From Rhina ancylostomus (lineage: Eukaryota): DNA of 64,000 nucleotides. The DNA lies in assembly GCA_030265395.1 (NCBI GenBank), contig JARFYF010000036.1:29136858-29200857 (forward strand), given 5' to 3'. Under the pieces are notes generated by a model, which searched no databases, was not told the origin of the DNA, and saw nothing but the letters and a program-made list of their open reading frames with translations. Below, piece by piece: positions 51,305-62,893 of this stretch. Numbering within the stretch: position 1 is the stretch's first letter; the number at the start of each line of letters is the position of its first letter. A program made the translations under genes and the position numbers.

Positions 51305-51684
51305 TCTATAAAAAGGGATGTTAACAAAGGCTGATAAGTGGTAAAGGGTCTATGAGGCATAACATGATGAGAGGTTGAAAGGTGTTTTTGTTCAGAGGCA
51401 CCTTGATGTCCTTGTACATACATTATTGAAAATTAACGCACAGATACAGCAAGTAGTTAGGAAGGCTGTTGGTATGTTTGTCAAGAATTGAGTACATGAG
51501 TAAAAACATCCAATTATATAAGGTCCTGATGAGACTGCTTCTGGAATAATGTGTACAGATCTGATCTTCCTGTCTGAAGATGGACCTGCTTGCACTGCAT
51601 GGAATGCAGTGAAAGTTCACCAGATTGATTCCTGGGAAGGTGGTGGTTTTATCGTATGAGGACAGAAAGAGCATACTGGGCTTA
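51305..51684 (+). mobile_element. CR1 internal segment in opposite orientation (upstream part, ending at the GLSYE region)
   Basis: Contains gttcagaggcaccttgatgtccttgtacat (VQRHLDVLVH), cagcaagtagttaggaaggct, ctggaataatgtgtacag, aagttcaccagattgattcctggg and tcgtatgaggacagaaagagcatactgggctta. Confidence 0.8.
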
Positions 51685-54600
51685 GATGTGGGTCTCTGGT
51701 TTTGTGTACTGTCTTGTTATGAGCCATGCACCCAAGCTATGAATAAACCTGAATTTGAATGGAAGATCGTGTGTTTGCACTTCAATAAAGAACAAAATAT
51801 GTTTGGAAGCAATTTCAGCAATGAACAGCGCAGATATGTCTGTATGAAGACTAAAAGAGACTGCAGAAGTGTCTGTATGTTTGTATGTGCCTCAATTTGG
51901 ATGAGCAACCATATCGGCTGATTTGCTCATGTCTTGATTTGTACCAAAAAAATGTGTGAAAATTTCTTTATGTGAAATAACCACAGTAATCATGCTTGCT
52001 ATTTTACTTTCAGTACTTGTTTCACAGTGTGTTGAAGCTGCGTGAAGGTCTTAAGTATGTGAGGCAGAAACTACTTCCTAGGCAAGGAATACAGAAAAAG
52101 GTTATTTGGTTAAGTCCAGCTGATGCAGGTCATCTTCAAGCTAATGCCATGTGGAAAGGTAACAAGCAGCTGGGACCATGGTGAATGACAGGATTAACAT
52201 CTATTCCCTAAGCCAATAAAATTTTAGGACTGAGAATTGGAATTAAATAAGATGGAGAAACAGAGGTACAGAAAGATTACATGAAGAAAAAGGGGAGAAA
52301 GTGATCCTAAAATTAAAAAAAATGAATGTTGCCATTGTGGGCTTAATGGGAAATTAATGTCTACATCCATCAAACTCTTCAACATAACAGTATAGCTGAA
52401 GGCGAGTTGTTGTTTCTATGAGACAAACAGCAGAGTGACATGAAGTAACAGGAAGCTCTAGAGATTTGCAACTTCTGGTTCAGGATTTACCCAGTTAACT
52501 GGAAGCAGGTCCAGGATTGTGTGTGCATCTGTAGGCAAACATGCAGGTTTCAAACTTAATGAACAACAATGGGCCAAGCAGTCCTTCAGCAGAGTTCAGT
52601 CTTGCTCAGGTTCTCCAGCAACTGCTATGGGGAATTGGCTCCTGGATCCTGTGCCAGGTTGTGACAAGATTGATTTTAATGGGCTGCAGAGAAGAAAGTA
52701 AATGGGAATGTTAAGTAATGCTCTCGAAAAGCATATTTCAAGTTGTGTTTAATGTTTGTTAATTATATGTTTTAAGTGCTATAGAAGATTTTACTTTATT
52801 GAATTGTAATATTTTGAAAGTTTTTATTTTATTTGTAGTAACTCAATGTTCTCCATTTGTAAGGATGCTGTAATAAACACTATATATCGCAGTTCATTTT
52901 TCCAGGAAAATAATGGTTGTTACATGGTAATGACTTCAGAGCAAATAACAGTGTTCAAAAGGTGATTAAGTGACCATTCATAGCAACAATTAAAGCCTGG
53001 AAAATTTGAAGCTTATTGTTAAGCAGATATCCTAGGTAGTGTAGCGTAAGGAGCTTCTATATTGGTAACAATCTTATTTTGGTTGCAGACAATAATTATC
53101 ATTGCTCAGTCTTATAGTCACTATGGAAATTGTACTTGACAACTTTATTACACTGGCTCACTTCTTAGTCATCCACAGTGGAGCTTTTCCTTTTCCAGTC
53201 ATGGTAACTGGAACTGATTATACCTGTTTGAACTTCTGTCAACTGCAGAATCATTTTCTAACTGTGTTATTACCTTAGTCACTCCAGCTGTGGTTAACAA
53301 ATTCATCATATACTTGACTCACTTCTTCAACTGGCATCCTACTTCTTTGCAAACTATAACTTGTTTTCTTATAAGCATTTAACATGTCAGTTTGTGTGTC
53401 TGCAGACTGTTTGCCTGAGGTGTTAACCTTTTTTTGTTTCGGGTGACAGAAATCTAAACATTTCAAGAAGTGTTTGCTTTCTGTATAGATCTCCTATTCA
53501 TGTGGTTAGAGTTAAAGGATCCAGAAAAGTAAAACAACTATGTTTCAGGGATGTGTATTCAAGAAGGAATAATGAGAAATTAAGGGCAGAACAACATTAT
53601 ATAAGGTATTTTTTTAAAAAATCATTATGGATAAAGAGTTAATGGACCATTCATAGATTTGTTGCAATGAAATGTGCTACTTGAATTGTTTTATTGTATT
53701 CACTAATATCCTAAATTAAAAGTTTTAATGTCCAAAATCAATGATCAAAACATATCCAGAGGATAACAACATTGAATTGCCCCAAGGAGTTGGGAACAAA
53801 TTGCGATAAATAATGACATCTGAATATTTAGACAGCCGCATAATGTAGATTATATATCTAATTTTAGCAGAGCATTTACCACCACTGAAAACTTTCAGCT
53901 ACTCCATTTGAGTATCTTTTGTTATTTGCTATAAAACAGAGCTATCAGAATACCATCAACATAACAAAAATAGCATTTAGATATTCTATTGTAGTTTCAA
54001 CAGATAGAACAAAATATTTTAACCAAAACTCAAGCATTAAACTCACCCTGTGCATCTCCTTCATCCTATGAAATTAGTAATTTTTACAACTAGTTTCTGG
54101 CTTTAAATGTTTTTCACTTAATGTTTGCTCAGTTGTATAATTGGTTCTTTGACATTTTTGTTTACTGCAGCATCTGTCTCTCCTGCCCCAGTTTTCCTTT
54201 TGTCAAGTTTGTGGTTTGTTTTGGTATCCAAATCAACCATGTAAGTTAGAACAAAATGAGATTGGCAGCACCTCATTCAACACTTCCTGCCTATGTACAG
54301 TATTCTCACAGTTTATTCCAATTGTGTAACCATTGTGCAATTTCCCCTGATTCATGCAGCTTTTATTTTAATGAAAAATCTTTTAAGTGGAAGTCCAGCA
54401 GCTGTTTTCTGTGAGCTGAAAATGACTATTACCGTAGAGATTTCCATGATCTACTTAATCTGTAATTTTATTGAAAATGAATTATTAATTTTAATTAGTG
54501 AAGAATCATTGGGAGCAGAACTCCCAAACATTATGTTTCCAGTGCACAAAGTTCTTTACCAGGAAATTGTTCTAAATTTATCTGAATTAAAATGAAGATA

Positions 54601-57600
54601 TTTACTGCACGCATAATTTGGACTGTAGATAAGATCATGTAATTTGCTTGGAATTTGGTGCAAGACCAATCTCCCGCAAGTATTTTTGGAGTTATAAATG
54701 GGTCATTCCTATTGACAGAAACTGACCTCATTTTTATCATAAGTTTTTTGAAATTAGATCCCTTCCTATAACATTGGTAGTGGGTGCCTATTGTGTACAG
54801 CTTACCAGTGGAGTTGGGCGTACTGGAAATCATGGTACTTGAGCTGTGCAAGCATTCTTATTCAAAATAGATGGAGGTCAGGATCATCCGCAGATTTTTT
54901 CTTTGCACTTTACTGTAAACATTACTGTAGTTTCTGCACTGCTTGTTCTTGCTGAAAACTTGCATAATTTGGTATTCCAGGACCTCTTTACTGCAGGATA
55001 TTCCTTTAGAATGCTGTTCTGTGCATAGACGTGGCATTGGCCATGGATCATAGGAAAGGAGTGTTGCACGAGGAATGATGTCATCACATTCATCCATCAT
55101 ACCAAAGCTGCATCAGAGTTGTCTGGATGACTCTTGACATGAAGTGAATTTCCTGCTTCTTATAACTGTAAATGGTTGCAAATACAATTTACTTCAGTTT
55201 AAATTGATTTTCAACCGGATAACATGGAGAAGAAGAGTGCTCAATGATCCCAGTTTCCAACCACATTTGTCATTGACACAGCAGTAGGAAACATCAGGTC
55301 CATGGACTTGGAAGCTTTTCATTGCTATATANNNNNNNNNNNNNNNNNNNNNNNNNNNNNNNNNNNNNNNNNNNNNNNNNNNNNNNNNNNNNNNAGTAAC
55401 CTAAAGCATTTAAATCTGATTACATCGTATTCTATATCTGGTACCAGTATCACTCCACAACCTATTAAACAACCTGTGCCATGATTTCATTTTACCATTG
55501 CATTTAGTATAGATTATATATTGAACATTCAGTTCCCATTTGATGTTGTTGCCCAAGGCCTCCAGTGACAGGCATGAGAGAGGTTGGAAAGGATTTTTAA
55601 AATTGTGGACATCTTATAGAAATTCTATTGATTAGCCAACAAAAAGCATGGTTACTCAAGTTTCTCACTGAGCAGTGCTATTGAGGAATTGTATGTAGTT
55701 TTAAAAGACGCTGGTAAGGTGATTTGGTTTTGTGTCCTAACTTTCTGGAAATAAATACTATTTTCCTTGTGTGAAATAATCTTGTTTGGCTTTTCATCAA
55801 ATGTGCATTGCTGCATATGCCATGTATCACTGAACTGTGAAATTAAAGCTTTTCACAGGACCAGCAGTGGCTGCCAAATGGGTTCCCTTTATTGGGATTA
55901 AAGGGATTTTATTGAGGCAATTTGCATTGATAAATATCACAAATTCTTAAAATCATTGGAAATTCAGCATAAAATGTTCAAGTCTCCAATTATAGCAATC
56001 ACCAATTCAGCGTATGGAATTATTTCCTTTTGCACATTTTGTATAGGGTAGAAAGCATTGGTGATATTATTTGTATCTTTTTAATGAAGATAATCTTTAA
56101 TTGAAAGATCTCTCACCATGGCTGACCTACATTTCAGGAATATTTTTAGAATGTGCATGGATCACACCTGTAGTTAAATTGAACTAGAATTATCTAGTCC
56201 AGCAATCCAGCATGAGAGCAGAAACTTAACGGGGCCAATTTTCATCTTCAGCTCTTGGTTAAAGAGTGATCCAAGAGTAAAGTGCTAACAGCCTCCAATT
56301 CTCGGGTGTGTACTGACTTGCAGAATAATTCACAACAACAGGGCAGACTCAGAAAGGATACAAATGATGGGAGAGGAAAATGTTCTGAAAATCCAATTTA
56401 AAGGTAAGGGTCTAATTAAAGGAAGATTTCGAAATGGGAGAATGAAAAATTAGAACCAGTGAAAACGTTCTCAATATTTGCCATGAGTGAAAGTTGACAT
56501 TTATGAGATGGCAGGCTTTATTCCAGAGGAATTACTCTGCTCAGTGCATATACTGACATAAAAATGCTTTTAACATTGCTGGGTATTCCAAAATGTTGGT
56601 TTGGTAGTTCTCACTTGTACTTTTGTTCTTTTGTAACTTAAATCTTCTTGCATTTTAGGTGACAACAAGGTAATGCAAGAAGCTGCACTTGATAACAAAT
56701 TAGGTTGGAAGCATTCAACAGGGTGTCAAATTCTATCAAATTGTTTTAAATAGAGGGAGAAAATTGGGATTTGTTAAGTGGATAAAAATGTGTTGCGAAT
56801 GTTTTTACTTAAGTACATTTTGTTTTAGAAAATGCACAAGTGAAGTATTTTGGGAACTTGATTGTCGTAATGTGGAGTCAATTCAGACATCCAATGTTTC
56901 TGAGATAAATTAAATTAGAATTTAGATGTTCAATTGACTTTCAGCCAAATTAAGAGCATTTTCTGCACCTATCTATCTTTGGTTTGGTATTAACTATTGT
57001 CAAATAGCTTCTGTCTGATTACTGTGGATCATCTACTGACCACACCACAAATGTATTCTATTACGTGCCACACTCAGAAATGTAGCAGAATCAGAAGTTG
57101 GCTAATTGATTATAAACTTCCTCATAGCTCTGCCATAAACCAGCTTATGATGTGAACAACATCAAACTGAATGTGATCTGGATGACTAATATATCAAGCA
57201 AACTAGGAGGTTCAGGACAGATCAAATCAGACTGCTTATTTTATACACGCTCATTCATTTTGAAGACAATGTTGATTTGACATGTGAACGGGATAATTTT
57301 GTTTGATCAAATTGATTCACACAACTGAAATGGTCAATTTTGTTTTGAAATGCAGATCTTGAAGACTTCAGCATTTTAATTACAAGGCCACGAAGAATGT
57401 TGGTTGTTGCGCCATTTGAATGCTAGACTCCTGCACCTGGTAAGTAGTATGACTGGATCCCAGTTTTGAATATTTTAATCTTTTACTACCCTATTTGCTG
57501 GTGTTGAATAATAACTAACTGGTTTGTGAGTGAACTAATGCAGCATTGTTCAATAACTTGTTTAGTAAATGTGACAATGAATATCAAAAAACAAGCTGGC

Positions 57601-58569
57601 TTTATGCTGTTTAGAAGTGGCATTACTGAAAGTTAGAATGAGACATATGACTGATTCATGGATTATTTTATAGTTGAGAAAACATTGAAGAGAGAATATA
57701 CATTACGCATTTAAATGAGGATTTTAATGTCCCTGCCTGCTTGGAACAGGATGGTAACAGTTAAAATGCAGGGCCAATTACTGACCCCATTCTTGGTCAT
57801 TGTCACAGAAACCCACAGTATTTTTAGGTGCTCACCAATAGAAGGCTGGATATCCCAGGAATATATGCAGATCAGAATGCATTGAAGTCATTGAGATTCC
57901 AATCAATTTTCAGTGTAATTCCTGATCAGCACTAAAATTTCTGGGTAACTGCTAGCAAGGCTACTTGCTCAGGGTCATTAAAAATTATAAAGATGTATAC
58001 TGTCTGCAAGCACTTAGATCATACAAATGTTTGCTGTTGCATTTTTGACATTTTCTGTATTTGTTCTATTTGTATTTGCTCAATACCTATAGTTTACAAT
58101 GGATGCCATTCATACGACTTCCACTTATATAAGAGGAAGAATAGCACAGCTGGCTTCTCACTGCCAGGAGTACATTAGAAAGTAGTCTTCATGGAAGACC
58201 ATAGTCAGCCAAAAAGATCTAAAGAAAGAGACTGACTTCCCTCAAACCGCCCGAACATCAGTCCAGAAGGAGGTTACACACCCAGGCCATCTTGGGCTTG
58301 TATATCTTATCCAAAAAGAGTTATGGCCTGCTGAGCCAAGTAGTTATGCATGACCAGTGCCATAAAATTAGCTGCAGCCTTTTGCATCTGTGACTCCGTT
58401 TCTTTCTAAGCAGCCACAAGGGACAGTCCCTCCATCTGTCAATTTGCTATCTGTAAATGTGTCAGTTGTTTAATATTCATTAATTCCTTTTTGCCAGCAC
58501 TGTTGACTACGTATACTTCTAACTGGAAGAGCGTACCAGAATGAGAGAGATGTGATTTTCACTCCCTCT

Positions 58570-58755
58570 TTTTCCATGTGATGTGGGCACTGTTAGCAAG
58601 GCCTCTATTTAAAACTCATTTCCAGTTGATGATGGAGAGCTGCCTTCTTCAGTTGCTGCCACTGTTATGTCTGTTGCAATACTGTTGGGCAGGATTTGTG
58701 TATTGGGCCAAGGGCACGACCCTGAGGAACTCCTGCAGTGATATCCTGGTGCCTT
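58570..58755 (-). mobile_element. CR1/L2-group LINE (32232 family): tail fused to an RT GVPQG fragment
   Basis: Tail is ttccatgtgatgtgggcactgttagcaaggcc..gagctgccttctt. The reverse complement of 58700-58748 encodes QDITAGVPQGRALGPI. Confidence 0.65.
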
Positions 58756-59951
58756 TACCTGCTTTAGTCATTGACTTTCCCTCCATCGTAAGTGGGGATA
58801 TTCACTGAAGATTGGACAGTGATTGACCATTTTCACACTTCAGGTATGGAAGCACTATTTGTCCCCGTGCACCAAAAGCTGGACCGTGTTCAAACTTGGT
58901 TTGATTGTTGAGTCAGTTGCAGACTGTGCTCAGGAAGCCAACAAGGCATGAGAAAACCAGCCAGCAGCATTTGTTAATAGGAAAAACGTTAATTCCTCAA
59001 CCATGCACCTGTCGGTGATGAATGGCATCAGAACAGAAGACTATGTGTTCAGTTTCCAGACAGATGCTGGGATACAGTGCCAATCCTCCATTTTCTCTAC
59101 CTGTCACAGAATGACTACCCCATGACAATGGACATCCCCTCTGTACATGGATGGTAGTATCCCTCATAACCTCAGCTTTCCTGTGCAGAGAACTACAGAA
59201 AGAATTACCAGAAATAACTAGGAGGATGGTCAAGCACAACTGGCAGTTGACTTAGTTATAAACCATGGAGTTATGCTGCATGTTAGATAATGTTTGTCAT
59301 ACTCAAAGGTTTATATGTGGTGGTGGAGCAGAAGAAAGGAGTGCACTCACTGGTAAGTTGAGGCTTGAGTGAAGTTGAGGGAGGAGCAGGAAAGGGAGTT
59401 TGTTCTAAACAAGGTTGTAATTTTGAGTCCAACAGGTGTTTGGGTTACTTGTTTTCAGCTGCCCAGTTACATCTAAATTAGGCCTATTAAGCTGATAATA
59501 TTAGGTAGTCTTGTTGCTTTCTCCTTTCAACACAACTTCTACCCCCACCTCCCCCCCTCCCCACACCCTTCCCCCAACTCTACCTCCACCTCGCCAAAAT
59601 CTGCAGCTGGCTCACAATCCCCATTTGATGTTGATTTGAACTACGTACTGAAGCAAGTCTGGTGCAATATAAATAACCTGTAGTGTAAACAGAGTGAGAG
59701 GTTAACTTTCAAAGCCTTGCACCATAAACATATTGAACCTTGACAATACAGGCTGCATTTGTAGTACAACTCTTATGCTGTTGTAAAATGCAAGCATTTA
59801 CACCAACTCTAATCTATAATGCAGCTGCACCCTGAAATAACATTAGACGGAAGCTAAAAGGCTTTGAAGACTTTGATACTGGTGTTTCTATCATTTTCAA
59901 TGTGGGAAAGCTTAAAGGAGATTCACAAGTCAAGTTTTTTTGCACAGAGAG

Positions 59952-59992
59952 TGGAAGGACCTGCTCCTGTTCTGTGCTCTTCTGTGTTCTAT
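59952..59992 (+). mobile_element. Short CR1 3' tail
   Basis: gaaggacctgctcctgttctgtgctcttctgtgttctat. Confidence 0.4.
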
Positions 59993-60619
59993 TTGCAGTG
60001 TAAAACCCCATGTTCTTGCGTGAATAGGAATAAATAATACTTTCTCAAAATATGCAGTGCCAATGAGAGATGCATCTTTCTCTTTTGTTCTCCCCTGCTG
60101 CTTTAATACTGGTGATCGCTTGTTAAAAATAAATGTTGACATTATACTTGATCAGTACTAAAACATTTTTCATAGGTTATGAAGATTATGTCAGTACTCT
60201 CCAGTCCTTATGTTTTGCACAGCTATTCGTAATGTGTAATGTTTGCTTTGATTCTGAGAAGTACCCAGGAATTTGGGTCCCCTGTTGCAGATCTATTTGA
60301 TCTGACTAAGGAAGGGTTTCTCACTCCCTTGCCCAAACCATGGGTGCAGCTCAGCCCAAGATGGAAGCCACACAAATACTTGCAAACCCAAAGTGCCCCT
60401 GCCACATTCCCACATCCCCATCTGCAGAATCCCAATCATCTTTAATTTTATTTTCATAATTATATTTAAAAAAGGTATAACCTTGAGCAAACGTGTCAAC
60501 ATAAATCTTGTTGCAAGCAAAAGGTCCTTTGTTCTACCTGTGCACCCCAGTCTTAACTCCAGGAGATAACTCTGGAATGAAACCTGATGGACCGGAAAAT
60601 TGGCAAGGACTTAGACACT

Positions 60620-60946
60620 GACAGCTTGTATCCTGCTGGTACAAGACTAGTGAACGGGCATTGAATAGTTATATGATAAAGATAATAGATAATAGTTGTA
60701 CTTTGTATGATAAAGATGCGCTCTTGACCTTGCAATCTACCTTGTCGTGGCCCTTGCACCTTATTGTCTACCTGCACTGCACTTTCTCTGTACCAGTAAC
60801 TGTAACACTACATTCTGCATTCCGTCATTGCTTTTCTCTTTACTACTTTGATGTACTTATGTTCTGAAATGATCTGTATGGATGGCAAGCAAAACAAAGT
60901 TTCCCACTGTATCTCAGTACATGTGACAATAATAAACCAATTACCA
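60620..60946 (+). mobile_element. Rex1/Babar-type LINE 3' end
   Basis: Contains gacagcttgtatcctgctggtacaagactagtgaac (DSLYPAGTRLVN) and ggcccttgcaccttattgtctacctgcactgcactttctctg. Ends catgtgacaataataaaccaattacca. Confidence 0.85.
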
Positions 60947-62159
60947 TTTACAGGATTCTTGTCTTGATGTATCTGTCCCATACAAAACCAAAGGTGGCGT
61001 GAAAGACAGGACCAGCAACTCCAGCATGGGAGAGCCACATTCCTGACCTCCCAGTTGTTGATTAGATCATTGGAAGTCAGTGTATTGGATGAAATCAGCA
61101 CTTTTGTCTTAGCATTTTGATGAGCTGGTGTTCAGTTGGGGCTCCAAGCTGAGATTATGGCCTGGACTCCAAAGCTAAAATAGTAATTTTCTTTAAATGA
61201 AAGGATAACCTCACAAAATATTTGTAGTCTGCATAGATGCTGGATTTAAATTCCTTTGACATTTTGAAATGTCACTTCAATACTGTTCTTCTTTAATTGG
61301 ATTCATTTTATCAACACTTGGAAACTGAGCATCTTTAATGATCCCTTCCCCACCTCCCTTTTTACGCTTGGAGCAATTACTGCAGTTTGCTCTGCCTGCC
61401 TTGCAGTTTAGAATTCTTGCAATGTTGTTTCCACTCATTGAACCACTGAACATATAAAAAAACATGAGGTGCGTTGATTGATGTGTCCAGAAAACCTTGC
61501 TTCTGAATGTTCAAATTGCTCTTCTAAGTCCCAGTGGTATGTCAAGACAAAGGATGTTTAAGTATCAAGATAATTAAGTAATGTGGATTTTGGGAGACTC
61601 AACATTACGAAATATCATATTGCTTTTACTGCAGGTCATGATCATTATTGTCAAGCTTTATAATATGCATTAGCATTTGTGTTAAGATTCATTGCACACT
61701 TAACACAGATGGAAGATGTGCAATATGTGTCATCATCATAATTGCTTTATGAAATGAATTTTTAAAGTCCTTAAATGAGAAAAATTATTAACCACATGTT
61801 CTGATTTTACTTCTTACAAAAAAACAAACACATTGTTTTGAAGCTTTTTTACGTTTGTTAACCTGAGGCTAAATAGTTAAGTTAATAACTCAGTCTTTCA
61901 CTATGATGGATGGAAAAATCAGGTACATTCCCCACAGATATGCTGAGATTTCTCTGTGGATAGTGATAAATTTATTTGTTTCAAAGTCTAGCATGTGCTG
62001 ATTTGAAATAAGCAATTTAAAAATACACGAGGTGACATATTGTTAAATTAAACATTATTAGTTACTTTGAGGACAATTTCTTTTCTCCCTGAAACCATGA
62101 TTTTGGCCAAGTATTTTGGGTATCTTCCCTGCCTTTCCTGTTGTTTGGCTTGTTGTTAA

Positions 62160-62237
62160 ATTTTGTTGGCTAATACTCCTACAAAATGCCTTGGGGCACT
62201 TTAGATGTTGAAGGCATTCTACAACACAAGTTGTTGA
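62160..62237 (+). mobile_element. L2-like 3' tail
   Basis: taatactcctacaaaatgccttggggcactttagatgttgaaggcattctacaacacaagttgttg resembles the reverse complement of 12730-12790. Confidence 0.45.
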
Positions 62238-62282
62238 ACTTCCAATTAGCTCTGCTTTTCCACAAGTTTTCCTACACTGGCA

Positions 62283-62370
62283 ATTCCATCCAAATACCTA
62301 AATGTTGTGGGGGTGCTGCCTCCACCAGCTCAGAAATATACTTCAGATTGTAACCATCTTCTGGGTTTTA
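62283..62370 (-). mobile_element. CR1 3' fragment
   Basis: catccaaatacctaaatgttg...ctgcctccacca...ttcagattgtaaccatcttctggg is the reverse of a TQKMVTIxx/VEA-type segment. Confidence 0.45.
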
Positions 62371-62377
62371 AAAAAAA

Positions 62378-62893
62378 ATCAGCAAGCGATTACGGAAGCC
62401 AGTAGTCTGTTGACTAATGTTGCTTGAGAATTTGAGTAGAAGACTAAACATGTCATACTACAGTTATATGGGTTTTTATGTACAACTTTGGTTTCCTGGG
62501 ATGTTGAGTCTACCAAATGATGAGAGATTGAGTAAACTCAGCCTCTGTTCCATGAAAGGATAAGAGATTATCTGATTGAAAAATGCAAAATTCATAGAGG
62601 GCTCAGTAGGGTTGATGCAGGGAGGATGTTTCCCACTGACTTGGGTGTCTAAAACTAGGGGTCACCACTCTTAAAATAAGCAGTAGGACATTTAGGACTG
62701 AATTGAGGACAGATTCCTTCATTGAAAAGGTGCTGAGTCTTTATAATTCTCTACCCCAGAAGGTTTTGGAGATTGCTGGATATTTAAGGATATCAAGGGA
62801 TAAGGGGGTAGGTCACAAAAATGACATTGAGATAGAAGATCAGCCAGGATCTTGTTAAAGTGGGGAGTGGCCTGTTCAGCTTCTATTTCTTAT
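62378..62893 (+). mobile_element. CR1 3' fragment with tail
   Basis: Contains cagcaagcgattacggaagcc, gagattatctgattgaa, agggttgatgcagggaggatgtttccc, aactaggggtcac and tataattctctaccccaga. Tail is gaagatcagccaggatcttgtt..tggcctgttcagcttctatttcttat. Confidence 0.8.
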
